From contig MVZH01000001.1 in assembly GCA_002068325.1 (NCBI GenBank), positions 1 to 60,335 on the forward strand: 60,335 nt of DNA, given 5' to 3'. This document shows, one piece after another, positions 40,101 through 48,713 of this stretch. Source of the stretch: Lentisphaerae bacterium ADurb.BinA184 (GTDB taxonomy: Bacteria > Verrucomicrobiota > Lentisphaeria > Oligosphaerales > MVZH01). How positions within the stretch are numbered: position 1 is the stretch's first letter; each line of letters begins with the position of its first letter. The position numbers and the translations under genes are program-made. Under the pieces are notes generated by a model. It saw only the letters and a program-made list of their open reading frames with translations, had not been told where the DNA came from and ran no database searches.

Positions 40101-40496
40101 TCACAGCGATTCGACGTAGGCGACGTAGCGGCGCGGTTCGATCAGCAGCTCGAACTCCGCGGGCTCGTCGTATTCCATCTCCACCAGCCAGTGCTTGTAG
40201 GGATCGACGTGGATCAGGTCGGGCCGGTCGAGGACTTCGCGGTTGATTTCGAGGATGCGCCCGGTCAGGGGGATGGGCACGTGCTCGATGACCCCGGACG
40301 GCAGGTGGAGGTGGAAGCACTCGTCATCAATCTCCACCTCGTCGCCGACCATGGGCAGGTCGAGGCTGAGGATCTCGGGCAGTTCCTCCTCGCGGTAGTG
40401 TGTCATGCCGACGCGCGCGCGTTTCTTCCGCCCCGGCAGTTTTTCGACCCACATGTGGCGGAGGTTATAGAGGAGATTTTCAGGGCATTCCAGCAT
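40101..40496 (-). CDS. glycine-cleavage H-protein-like protein lacking the lipoyl-lysine
   Basis: This is the C-terminal 131 codons of track ORF 40101..43208, starting at ATG 40496 (MLECPENLLYNLRHMWVEK...). It aligns by eye to GcvH: HEW ~ HMW, VDLPEVG ~ LDLPMVG, PVSGEIVAVN ~ PLTGRILEIN, EPY..GW ~ DPYKHW. Confidence 0.75.
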   Translation of the reverse strand: MLECPENLLYNLRHMWVEKLPGRKKRARVGMTHYREEELPEILSLDLPMVGDEVEIDDECFHLHLPSGVIEHVPIPLTGRILEINREVLDRPDLIHVDPYKHWLVEMEYDEPAEFELLIEPRRYVAYVESL

Positions 40497-40615
40497 GGTT
40501 TTACCACACTCCTGAGCTTTCCTTGGCTGCCGCCTGTCCTGGTGGCGTCGGCGTCGGGGCCGTACACGTCCGGGAGCGGGTCTGCGCCAAGGTCGCAGCA
40601 GGCATTGGTTGGGGA

Positions 40616-40621
40616 TATAGT
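40616..40621 (+). promoter_or_regulatory. -10-like box TATAGT in the divergent region between the GcvH-like gene and the permease gene
   Basis: GGGGATATAGTACCC. It lies 44 nt upstream of the candidate TTG 40665 and 146 nt upstream of ATG 40767. Confidence 0.25.
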
Positions 40622-40766
40622 ACCCACTAAACGAGGCTGTGCAAACGGGAAGCCTGCGATTCCTTTGAGCTCCGACGCCACCACACGCAAGGCCGGGCTG
40701 CCGGCGCCGGCATTCACGCCGCCGCCGTCGCCCCGGCGCCGGTTCTCGCCGACGCTGTTCGCCTAC

Positions 40767-41834
40767 ATGGCCCGCTCCTTTCTGCATCCCCTCCTGGGGT
40801 GCGTGGCCGGGTTCTGCATCCTGTTCCTGATTGCCGACGTCTTCAACTCGCTGGACGAGTTCCTCGAAGCCCGCGCCTCGGTCGTTGACGCGCTGTCCTA
40901 CTACCTGCTGCTGGTGCCGCGCAACCTGGTGCATGTCGTGCCGATGGCGGTGTTGCTGGCGGTCAGCTTCATGATGAGCGGGCTGACGCGGCACCGGGAG
41001 ATCACCGCGATCCGGGGGGCGGGGTTGTCCATCGGCCGTGTGATGATGCCGGTGTGGCTGCTGGCCGCGCTGCTGGCGGGAGCCCTGTTCTGGCTGAATG
41101 AATCGCTGGGGCCGCGCTGCCTGGCCCGCGCCGAGGCGCTGAAGGAGCGGGTGACCCGCGGCGACGAGCAGCCCCGGCCGGCCGGGGTCTGCCTGGCCTA
41201 CCGCAACCGCCAGGCCCGCCGCGACTGGTTCTTCGAACGCTTCGACCCCAACGGACGGCAGTACGGCCTGACGGTCAAGCAGCTCGGCGACGCCGGCCAG
41301 CCCGTGCTCTGGGAACTGCGGGCGCGGGAGGCCGTCTATGCCGATGGACGGTGGACGTTCCTCGGCGGCAGCCGCTGGCGCTACGACAACGGCGAACTGC
41401 TGCCGACCGCCGAGGAGGCGTTCGAGACCCTGACCGAGCCGGGGCTGGACGAACGGCCGGCGGACATCTTCAGCAGCCTGCGGCCGGTTCACGAACTGTC
41501 GGCCTGGCAGATCGCCCGCGTGCTGTGGTTGGAACGCGACCTGCCGTCCAGCACCTCGCGTCTGCTGGCGACCACGATGTGGTACCGGCTGACGATGCCG
41601 CTGTCGTGCCTGATCGCCGCCCTCTACGGGGTCGGGATGTCGCTGGGGCGGGAGCGGGCCGGGGCGCTCCGGGGGTTCGGGCTGGCGGTGGGATGCGTGG
41701 TGCTGTACTATCTGGTCAGCCAAGTCTCGGTGCTGCTGGGGCGCCACGGGGGGTTGCCGCCGCTGCTGGCGGGCATCCTGCCGGCGGCGGGGTTCGCGGT
41801 GGACGGCCTGCGCCGGCTCCATCGGCGGCGGTAG
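40767..41834 (+). CDS. LptF/LptG-family (YjgP/YjgQ) permease
   Basis: This is the 3' part of track ORF 39633..41834. From ATG 40767 it reads MARSFLHPLLGCVAGFCILFLIADVFNSLDEFL..., with a periplasmic beta-jellyroll-like middle and C-terminal TM helices, which is typical family topology. The true start may be in-frame TTG 40665, because the usual L.RY.. opening (TLFAYMA) begins just upstream of the ATG. Confidence 0.8.
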   Translation: MARSFLHPLLGCVAGFCILFLIADVFNSLDEFLEARASVVDALSYYLLLVPRNLVHVVPMAVLLAVSFMMSGLTRHREITAIRGAGLSIGRVMMPVWLLAALLAGALFWLNESLGPRCLARAEALKERVTRGDEQPRPAGVCLAYRNRQARRDWFFERFDPNGRQYGLTVKQLGDAGQPVLWELRAREAVYADGRWTFLGGSRWRYDNGELLPTAEEAFETLTEPGLDERPADIFSSLRPVHELSAWQIARVLWLERDLPSSTSRLLATTMWYRLTMPLSCLIAALYGVGMSLGRERAGALRGFGLAVGCVVLYYLVSQVSVLLGRHGGLPPLLAGILPAAGFAVDGLRRLHRRR

Positions 41835-41870
41835 CCCCTGCACGCCGCCACCGCGGAATGCGGACACCGG

Positions 41871-41968
41871 AACGCCGAACGTGGAACGCCGAACGCCGAA
41901 CGAAGAGCGAAGAGCGAAGAACGAAGAACGCGGCGCGGAGCGCGGAGAACGCCGAACGTAGAACGCTG
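41871..41968 (+). repeat. degenerate heptanucleotide tandem repeat, 14 units (AACGNNG type)
   Basis: The units read aacgccg aacgtgg aacgccg aacgccg aacgaag agcgaag agcgaag aacgaag aacgcgg cgcggag cgcggag aacgccg aacgtag aacgctg. It is intergenic, between stop 41834 and ATG 42033. Confidence 0.85.
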
Positions 41969-42032
41969 ACACCTGACCCCAGCGGCGGCCCGCACTTGCA
42001 GGGTCTTGCCGATGCCTCAAGGAGCGACGACG

Positions 42033-43166
42033 ATGGATCTGCAACGCCTCGCCGAACGCGCGCGCGCCGCCACACAGAACCGGCCGGATGCCCCGGACGC
42101 CGTGCCGCCGCCGGAGACTGCCCCACGCCGCCGGCGCGGGAGGCTCACCCGGCTGCGCCTCACGATGTGGGCGGTCGCACTGGTGGCCCTGCTGGCCTTC
42201 CTCGAAATCCGGGTGTTCCGCCCGCGCTTCGGCGCGAAGGGCAGGCAGGCGGTCTCCCAGGCCGTGGCGGTGCCGCCGGGCGAGGCGGTGTCGGCGCTGG
42301 GAGCGGAGGGGCTGTCGCTGCGCGGGTTGCGCGAGGTCACACCCGCTTTCCTGGCGCCGCTGAGCGTACTCGGGCCGGAGGCGGTGAGCGCCCAGGCCGC
42401 CCAGAAGGTTGTCAGCCAGGAGAACCGGCTGCCGATCGAGGTCGAGAACAGCATCGGCATGCGGTTCCGCCTGATTCCGAACGGCAGTTTCCTCATGGGC
42501 AGCCCGGCCGAGGAGACGGGCCGCTGGGACGGCGAGGTCCAGCACGTGGCCGTGGTGGACGCGCCGTTCTACATGGGCGCGTTCGAGGTGACGCAGAAGC
42601 AGTGGCGCGCGGTCATGGGCGGCAATCCGTCGCGGTTCACCGGCGACAGCCGTCCGGTCGAGGAAGTGACCTGGTACCAGTGCCAGGAGTTTGTGCGCAA
42701 ACTGGCCGAGCGGGAGGGGCTGGCGAAATGGACGTACCGGCTGCCGACCGAGGTGCAGTGGGAGTACGCCTGCCGGGCGGGCGGGGGGACGGCGTTCCAC
42801 TACGGCAATGACCCGGCCAAACTCGGCGGGTTCGACTGGGTGGACGTCAACAGCGCCGGCCGCCCGCACCCCGTCGGCGGCCTCCTGCCCAACGGCTACG
42901 GGCTGCACGACCTGCACGGCAACCTGTGGGAATGGTGCGCCGACCCCTTCCGCAACTATCCGGGCTACACCGGCAAGGATCAGCCGGCCGAGGCGCTCGA
43001 CGGCTGGCGGGTGATCCGCGGCGGCAACTGGTACCTGCCCGCGGTGGATTGCCGCAGCGCGGCCCGCTCCCGCCTGAGCTCGACCTCGCACGGCAACATG
43101 CTGGGCTTCCGCGTCGTGCGCGTCATCCCCGAGCTCGCGGCGCCGGCCGAGTCCGCCGCCGAGTAA
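42033..43166 (+). CDS. membrane-anchored FGE-sulfatase (SUMF1/formylglycine-generating enzyme family) domain protein
   Basis: ATG 42033 follows an AAGGAG RBS. One TM helix (MWAVALVALLAFL). Family motifs: MRFRLIPNGSFLMGSP, PVEEVTWYQCQEFVRKL, YRLPTEVQWEYACRAG, NGYGLHDLHGNLWEWC, RGGNWY and GFRVV. Confidence 0.9.
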   Translation: MDLQRLAERARAATQNRPDAPDAVPPPETAPRRRRGRLTRLRLTMWAVALVALLAFLEIRVFRPRFGAKGRQAVSQAVAVPPGEAVSALGAEGLSLRGLREVTPAFLAPLSVLGPEAVSAQAAQKVVSQENRLPIEVENSIGMRFRLIPNGSFLMGSPAEETGRWDGEVQHVAVVDAPFYMGAFEVTQKQWRAVMGGNPSRFTGDSRPVEEVTWYQCQEFVRKLAEREGLAKWTYRLPTEVQWEYACRAGGGTAFHYGNDPAKLGGFDWVDVNSAGRPHPVGGLLPNGYGLHDLHGNLWEWCADPFRNYPGYTGKDQPAEALDGWRVIRGGNWYLPAVDCRSAARSRLSSTSHGNMLGFRVVRVIPELAAPAESAAE

Positions 43167-43239
43167 CGCCTGCGCCCAGTCCCGCACGCCTCCCCGCCAA
43201 GGCGCCAAGGCTCAGAGGCACGCGGCGGCCGGCGCGGCC

Positions 43240-44493
43240 TCAGCGCATCATCCCGCGCAGCTCGGCGCTGAGGGCGAGGATCTCCTCGCGGATGGCGAAC
43301 AGCTCGCGGCCGAACGCCTCGCTGTGTTCCGCGACCAGCCTGCGTTCGACCACGCGCTGATGGGCATTGAGGGCGTCCTTGAGCAGGTCGAGTCCGCGTT
43401 TCAGGCAGGCGATGACGAAGCCGGGGTCGCGCAGGGGCAGCTCCTCATAGGCGAGGTGGTTCAGCGCCCCGGCGAGCTTGGCGCCCATGCATTGGGTCTT
43501 GAAGACCATCTCGTCAATGTCCTCGTCGCCGTTCTCCCCCATCAGGCCAGCCGCCTCGCAGGCGTGGAACATGGCGATGCACAGGGCGCTTGCCCGCTTG
43601 GCGAGGGGGTGGCAGACGTGGCCGCCTTCGTCCTCGATCCAGAACCTGCCGCGGGTCAACGGGTTGGGCGTGAGCTCCGGCAGGTCCTCCGAGTCGGGCG
43701 GCCAGTCCGGCTCGTCGCCGTCGTCATCGCCGGACTGGTCGGGCTGGTTGGCCAGCACGTCGCCAACGTCGTCGGCCCCCGCCTCGTCAAGGACCTCCTC
43801 CAACCACTTCCATCCCATGGCTTCGGCAGTCTTGCGGTCGCGGGCCGGATCGTCCATGAACTTCTCCGTCAGCTCGCCCAGCCGGGCGGACCGCCTGTCG
43901 CTGTGTTTCAGGAACTGCTCCCATTCGAACTCGTCCATCGGCCGGCTGGCCGGCGGCTCGGGCGTCTCCCGCGGGCCGGGCAGGGCTTCCTCGACGGCCG
44001 CCAGGAAGGCGGCGAAGGCGGCCGCCGACTGCTCCCGGATGTTCGCCGCCTCGTCGTCAGTCAGGCGCCACTCGGGGGCCGACACCGTCACGTCGTAATC
44101 GGGGCTCTCGATGACCACGCGGCCGTTGCGGCCGCTGTACCACTCCAGGTACAGGCAGTTGCCCCAGCGTTCGGGCGTCGGCTTCACATCGAGGTCAGAC
44201 CCGGAGTCGGCCAAGGCAGACGGGTCGGTCAGCCGGACCTTGCGGGACGCCGTCATGTCCCCCGCTTCGCCCGACTGATCCGTGGCCAGGCTGGTGTTTG
44301 TACGTGCGCAGGGCGCCGGCCTGGGATTGCGGAACTCGACCCGGCAGCCGGCGATGTCCGGATGGCAGTTGCCCTTCAGGTCGAGGATCAGGGGCTCGTC
44401 CTGGCCGGCCAGCCAGACCCGGCCGCGGATCGTTCCACGGACGGTGTTGTCAATCTCGCCGTGAGCCACCTCCCGGTGAATGCGGAATGCCAT
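43240..44493 (-). CDS. hypothetical protein with a central acidic low-complexity linker
   Basis: 417-aa ORF with balanced, protein-like composition (K, F, Y, I and N present), unlike its antisense shadow 43324..45954. No family recognised. Confidence 0.65.
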   Translation of the reverse strand: MAFRIHREVAHGEIDNTVRGTIRGRVWLAGQDEPLILDLKGNCHPDIAGCRVEFRNPRPAPCARTNTSLATDQSGEAGDMTASRKVRLTDPSALADSGSDLDVKPTPERWGNCLYLEWYSGRNGRVVIESPDYDVTVSAPEWRLTDDEAANIREQSAAAFAAFLAAVEEALPGPRETPEPPASRPMDEFEWEQFLKHSDRRSARLGELTEKFMDDPARDRKTAEAMGWKWLEEVLDEAGADDVGDVLANQPDQSGDDDGDEPDWPPDSEDLPELTPNPLTRGRFWIEDEGGHVCHPLAKRASALCIAMFHACEAAGLMGENGDEDIDEMVFKTQCMGAKLAGALNHLAYEELPLRDPGFVIACLKRGLDLLKDALNAHQRVVERRLVAEHSEAFGRELFAIREEILALSAELRGMMR

Positions 44494-44619
44494 GCGAGTG
44501 TCCCCCGGTCAGCCTTCAGTTCGCCTGCGCGGCAGGCCTGGCCCGGCGACGCGCCTGCCTTCGGGGATCGCGCCGGCCGGTGGCCGCTTCGAGCCTTCGA
44601 GGTGAAGGGGCCGCCCCCG

Positions 44620-45933
44620 CTAGTCGCGCATCGAGATCGGCACGTAGTGCTGCTCGCGGGGGCCGGTGTAGACCTGCCGCGGCCGCTGGATCTTGAACTC
44701 CGGGTCCTCCTGCGACTCCTTCCACTGCGCGATCCAGCCCGGCAGCCGGCCAATGGCGAACATCACAGTGAACATGTTGGCCGGGATGCCAATGGCGCGG
44801 TAGATGATCCCGCTGTAGAAGTCCACATTCGGGTACAGCCGCCGTTCGAGGAAGTAGTCGTCCTGGAGCACGCGCTCCTCCAGCTCGAGCGCGATGGCCA
44901 GCAGCGGATCCTGCGTCTTGACCGCGGCGAGGACGTCCTTGCAGGTCTGCTTGATCACGCGGGCGCGCGGATCATACGTCTTGTAGACGCGGTGGCCGAA
45001 ACCGTACAACCGGAACGGATCCTTCTTGTCCTTGGCCCGTTCCATCACGCGCTTGACGTCGCCGCCGGACTTGAGGATCCCTTCGAGCATCTCGAGCACT
45101 TCCTGGTTGGCGCCGCCGTGCAACGGCCCCCACAAAGCGCAGATGCCGGCCGCCACCGAGGCGTAGAGGTTGACCTTGGCGCTGCCGACCAGGCGCACCG
45201 TCGAGGTCGAGCAGTTCTGCTCATGGTCGGCGTGCAGGATCAGCAAGACGTTCATGGCCCGCTCGACTTCCGGCTTGATCTCGTACGGCCGCACCGGCGA
45301 GGAGAACATCATGTTGAGGAAGTTGGCGCAGTACTTCAAGTCATGCCGCGGGTAGACGAACGGCTCGCCGATGGATTTCTTGTAGGAGAAGGCGGCGATG
45401 GTGCGCAGCTTGGACAGCAGCCGCGTGGTGGTGACGTCCAGCTCCTCCTCCTCGTGCAGCCGCTCGCGCGCCAGCTCGGGGTAGAACGTGGACAGCGAGA
45501 CCACCATGGCCGAGAGGATCGCCATCGGGTGGGCGTGCTCGGGGTAGTTCTTGAAGAACTGCGTCATGTCCTCGTGCAGCATCGAGTGCCGGGTCAGGAG
45601 CGCCGAGAAGCGGTCGCGCTCGCCGCGGTCGGGCAGCTTGCCGTGGACCAGCAGGTAGGCGACCTCGACGAAGCGCGACTTGGCGGCCAGCTCCTCGACG
45701 GGGTATCCGCGGTAGCGCAGGATACCGTGTTCGCCGTCCAGGTAGGTGATGCTGCTCTGGCAGCTGGCGGTGTTCTTGAAGCCGTAGTCGAGGGTGGTCA
45801 GGCCGGTCTCGTCGCGCAGGGTGCGGATATCAATCGCGCGTTCGCCCTCGGTCCCTTCGAGCACGGGCAGGGTGAGGGTCTTGTCCCCGTAGCGGAGTTC
45901 GGCGGTGCCGATCTTGGCAGCGGTTGTAAACAT
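44620..45933 (-). CDS. gltA: citrate synthase (type II)
   Basis: The protein begins MFTTAAKIGTAELRYGDKTLTLPVLEGTEG. It carries GPLHGGANQEV, LYGFGHRVYKTYDPRA and PNVDFYSG motifs. I chose ATG 45933 because the AAGGGGG RBS lies 7 nt upstream; ATG 45939 is the alternative. Confidence 0.95.
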   Translation of the reverse strand: MFTTAAKIGTAELRYGDKTLTLPVLEGTEGERAIDIRTLRDETGLTTLDYGFKNTASCQSSITYLDGEHGILRYRGYPVEELAAKSRFVEVAYLLVHGKLPDRGERDRFSALLTRHSMLHEDMTQFFKNYPEHAHPMAILSAMVVSLSTFYPELARERLHEEEELDVTTTRLLSKLRTIAAFSYKKSIGEPFVYPRHDLKYCANFLNMMFSSPVRPYEIKPEVERAMNVLLILHADHEQNCSTSTVRLVGSAKVNLYASVAAGICALWGPLHGGANQEVLEMLEGILKSGGDVKRVMERAKDKKDPFRLYGFGHRVYKTYDPRARVIKQTCKDVLAAVKTQDPLLAIALELEERVLQDDYFLERRLYPNVDFYSGIIYRAIGIPANMFTVMFAIGRLPGWIAQWKESQEDPEFKIQRPRQVYTGPREQHYVPISMRD

Positions 45934-45960
45934 GCGCATGCCCCCTTTGGCTAAACGTGA

Positions 45961-45966
45961 AATATA
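45961..45966 (-). promoter_or_regulatory. -10-like box TATATT upstream of gltA
   Basis: The minus strand reads GCTTTGTTTTCCGCTGTCCGCCGCTATATTTCACG. The box lies 28 nt upstream of ATG 45933, and a TTTGTT -35-like string lies 15-17 nt upstream of the box. Confidence 0.35.
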
Positions 45967-46083
45967 GCGGCGGACAGCGGAAAACAAAGCCGCCCGCGCG
46001 AAGCGCGCCCCCCCCCGATTGCATTCCGCCGGCGTCGGCCTACATTCGGGCCATGCCCGAGCCGCATTGAGGACACCGGCAAC

Positions 46084-46488
46084 ATGCCCACCAAGAAGCC
46101 CGACTCCCCTGGCGAACCCCTGCGCGCCACCGTGGACTTCGTCTGCCTGGACAGCGAGTGCAAGGCTGTCGTCGCATTCAACCTGATGGACCTGGAGGCG
46201 TCCCACGGCGAGGTCACCTGTCCGGGCTGCCGGCGGGGCTACGCCTTCGACAAGGTCTTCCTTGACAAGCTGCGGCGCCTGCGCAACCTCATCGCCGCGG
46301 TCCGCGAGGCGCAGGACCTGCTCGGCGAAGTCAACGTCGCCGTGACCACGCCCATGGGCGAAGTCAAGATCCCCTACTGGCTGTTGATGACGCGCCTCAA
46401 CACCCTCGTCTCCCTTGACGTCGGCGGCCAGACCGTGGATTTCCATTTCCGCATCGAGCCGCTCAACGAGAAGCAGTCGATCCGGTGA
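46084..46488 (+). CDS. small hypothetical protein with a CxxxC...CxxC zinc-ribbon-like motif
   Basis: 134 aa starting at ATG. Composition is Lys/Phe/Asn-containing. Motif: VCLDSEC...(21 aa)...CPGC. Divergent from gltA. Confidence 0.55.
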   Translation: MPTKKPDSPGEPLRATVDFVCLDSECKAVVAFNLMDLEASHGEVTCPGCRRGYAFDKVFLDKLRRLRNLIAAVREAQDLLGEVNVAVTTPMGEVKIPYWLLMTRLNTLVSLDVGGQTVDFHFRIEPLNEKQSIR

Positions 46489-46558
46489 GGGCCGGCCTCG
46501 GCGCTCACCGGGTCCATCCGTCCGCCCAACCCAGGTTCCTCACATAGGGGAAACGGAG

Positions 46559-46597
46559 GCAACGAAGGGTTTGCGTTGCAGGGGGTTATCCCCCCCC
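46559..46597. terminator. two adjacent GC hairpins in a convergent intergenic region (weak terminator candidates)
   Basis: Hairpin 1 is GCAACG-aagggtttg-CGTTGC (46559-46579). Hairpin 2 is GGGGG-ttat-CCCCC (46581-46594). Neither strand has a clear U-tract. Confidence 0.2.
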
Positions 46598-46749
46598 ACC
46601 ACGTGCGGTTGGGCGGCGTGGGAACCGACGGCGCTCACAGCGGACACGGAGGTCCGCCCTTCATCGCACAAGGCGGTTGTCGTCCGCGGTGGGGTCCGCA
46701 AGCGCCTCTCCGGATTGCCGGCCACCGTAGCCGACGGGTTCGGGGCGGT

Positions 46750-48027
46750 TCACTCCGCGGCGATCTCCCCGCCCAGCCGGCGCATGAGGTCTGCATACTC
46801 CGGGAAGGTGACGCCGGCGGCCTCGGCCGTGCTCACGCAAGTCTCGCCGTCGGCGCACAGCCCGGCCAGGGCCAGGGCCATGACCACGCGGTGATCGCCG
46901 TGCCCCTCGACCGCGGCGCCGCGCAGGGGGCTCTCCCGGATGACCAGCCCGTCCTCGCGCTCGGCGATGACCGCCCCCATTTTGCGGAGTTCGCAGGCCA
47001 TCACGGCGATGCGATCCGTCTCCTTGATGCGGGCGTTGGCGACGTTGCCCAGCACGGTCGTGCCGCGGGCGAAGCAGGCGACTACGGCCATCACGGGCAG
47101 CGCGTCCGGGGTCTCGTTCAAGTCAATCTCGGCCCCGTGCAGACGGGCGGCGCGCACGCGGATGCCGCCGTCAGCCAGGAGCGTGACGTCCGCGCCCATG
47201 GCGCGCAGGTGCTCGAGGACGCGCCTGTCGCCCTGGCTGTCGGCCATGTCCAGCCCGAGGGAGGTGACGTCGTTGCCGCCGAGGGCGCCGGCCCCGAAGA
47301 AGAATGTGGCCGACGAGAAGTCCGCCGGCACCGCGCGCCGGAACGCCCGGTACGACTGCCCGCCGGGAATGCGGAAGTGCTCCAGCCCCTCGCGCTCCAG
47401 GCGGATGCCCTGCCGGGCCAGCCAGTCCAGCGTCATCTCGACGTACGGCCGTTCGTGCAACAGCGGCACCTCGATCGTCGTCTCGCCGTCGCCCAAGGGA
47501 CAGGCCAGCAGTAGGCTCGTCAAGTACTGGCTTGAAGGGCAGGCGATGCGGGTGTAGCCGCCGCGCAGGCGCCCGCCGGCCCGGAACGGCGGGCAGCCGT
47601 TGCCGCCCAAGGACGTCACCGACGCCCCGAGTTCATTGAGTGCCGCCGCCAGCGGCCCCGACGGACGCCGCCGGATCTGCGCGTCGCCAGTCAGCTCGAC
47701 CGTCTCTCCCGGCGGCAGGAGCGCGGCGATCCCCAGCATCACGTTCAGGGTGGTCCCCGAGTTGCCCACGTCAATCGTCGCCGCCCGTGGCCGCGGCCGC
47801 CCGCCCACCCCCGTCACCCGCCACAGGCCGGGCTCCTTCACAACGTCCGCCCCTAGCGCGGCCGCCGCCCGCGCCGCGGACTCGGCGTCGGCGGAGACCA
47901 ACGGCGACTCGATCCGGCTCTCGCCCTCGGCCAGCGCCGCGATCGCCACCGCGCGGATGGTATGGGATTTCGAGCCGGGGATCGCCACCCGGCCGCACAG
48001 CCGCGACGGCCGGCAGATGAACTTCAT
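46750..48027 (-). CDS. aroA: 3-phosphoshikimate 1-carboxyvinyltransferase (EPSP synthase)
   Basis: 425 aa with IPGSKSHTIRA, VGNSGTTLNV, the QYLTSLLLA-type motif, RIKETDRI and DHRVVMALA. Confidence 0.95.
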   Translation of the reverse strand: MKFICRPSRLCGRVAIPGSKSHTIRAVAIAALAEGESRIESPLVSADAESAARAAAALGADVVKEPGLWRVTGVGGRPRPRAATIDVGNSGTTLNVMLGIAALLPPGETVELTGDAQIRRRPSGPLAAALNELGASVTSLGGNGCPPFRAGGRLRGGYTRIACPSSQYLTSLLLACPLGDGETTIEVPLLHERPYVEMTLDWLARQGIRLEREGLEHFRIPGGQSYRAFRRAVPADFSSATFFFGAGALGGNDVTSLGLDMADSQGDRRVLEHLRAMGADVTLLADGGIRVRAARLHGAEIDLNETPDALPVMAVVACFARGTTVLGNVANARIKETDRIAVMACELRKMGAVIAEREDGLVIRESPLRGAAVEGHGDHRVVMALALAGLCADGETCVSTAEAAGVTFPEYADLMRRLGGEIAAE

Positions 48028-48713
48028 GCGAGCAAATCCTCAACGTTCACGTGCGGGCCGGGAAACAGCCGCCCGAGCTCCTTGCCCAGCGCCCCGTCGC
48101 CGGCCAGCCCCGCGGCCAACTCGTCATAGACCGTCAGCGGCAGGCGCGCCACGCCCGTCGCGGCCCCGGTCCCGCGCTCGAAGACCAGAAAGGACAGCCG
48201 GTCGGAATGGCCGGGCGAGAAATCGTAGAACAGCTCGCTCGATGCCGCGCTGACCTTCTGCTGCGGGTTGCGGAACATCTGGTACTTGATGTACTCGATC
48301 AGCCGGTCGTCGAGGCCGCGCAGGTGCAACGCCACCTTCTCGATGAACTGGCGCCGCGTGAAGGCGATCCGGCACACCGGGGGGACATTGCCCGCCTCGG
48401 CGAAAGCCGTCGCCGCCAGCCCCGCCATCTCGCCGGCCGCACGGGCGCGCCGGCCGGCGTCGGCCTCGGGCAGGAAGTAGATCAAGCAGGGCGTCTCGTC
48501 GTCGCGGAAAACCACCGGCGCGTCGAGGACGAACGCCTGACCGCAGGCCGCGCACTCGCGCCGATTGAGCGAGCCGCGGAGCAACGCCTCCAAATCGGCG
48601 GTGTGCGGGCGCACCACGCTCGTCGCCGGCGCCGCGGCAACCGCCGCCCCGCAGGCCGGACACGCCCCCGCGCCGGCTCGCCTCGCACTCGGCTTTCCGT
48701 TCTTTGACGCCAT
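48024..48713 (-). CDS. CpXC-type zinc-ribbon domain protein
   Basis: ATG 48713 (MASKNGKPS...). It has CPACG ...30 aa... CAACG followed by PVVFRDDETPCLIYFLP, as in CpXC-family proteins. Its stop overlaps the aroA start (ATGA). Confidence 0.7.
   Translation of the reverse strand: MASKNGKPSARRAGAGACPACGAAVAAAPATSVVRPHTADLEALLRGSLNRRECAACGQAFVLDAPVVFRDDETPCLIYFLPEADAGRRARAAGEMAGLAATAFAEAGNVPPVCRIAFTRRQFIEKVALHLRGLDDRLIEYIKYQMFRNPQQKVSAASSELFYDFSPGHSDRLSFLVFERGTGAATGVARLPLTVYDELAAGLAGDGALGKELGRLFPGPHVNVEDLLA

Noticed and set aside
39633-41834. 733-aa plus-strand ORF.
   Set aside because: Only the 3' ~355 codons, the LptF/G-like part, look real. The 5' part is antisense to the membrane-protein and GcvH-like genes.
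41871-41968. Could the short tandem repeats be a CRISPR array?
   Set aside because: The unit is 7 nt with no spacers, there are no cas genes, and no 24-48-nt repeats with unique spacers occur anywhere in the window.
40101-43208. 1,035-aa minus-strand ORF spanning the permease and FGE genes.
   Set aside because: Only its last 131 codons, from ATG 40496, are protein-like (GcvH-like). The rest is antisense to two well-supported plus-strand genes and is Arg/Pro/Gly-rich.
43324-45954. 876-aa plus-strand ORF.
   Set aside because: It is antisense to the 43240..44493 gene and to gltA, whose identity is unambiguous.
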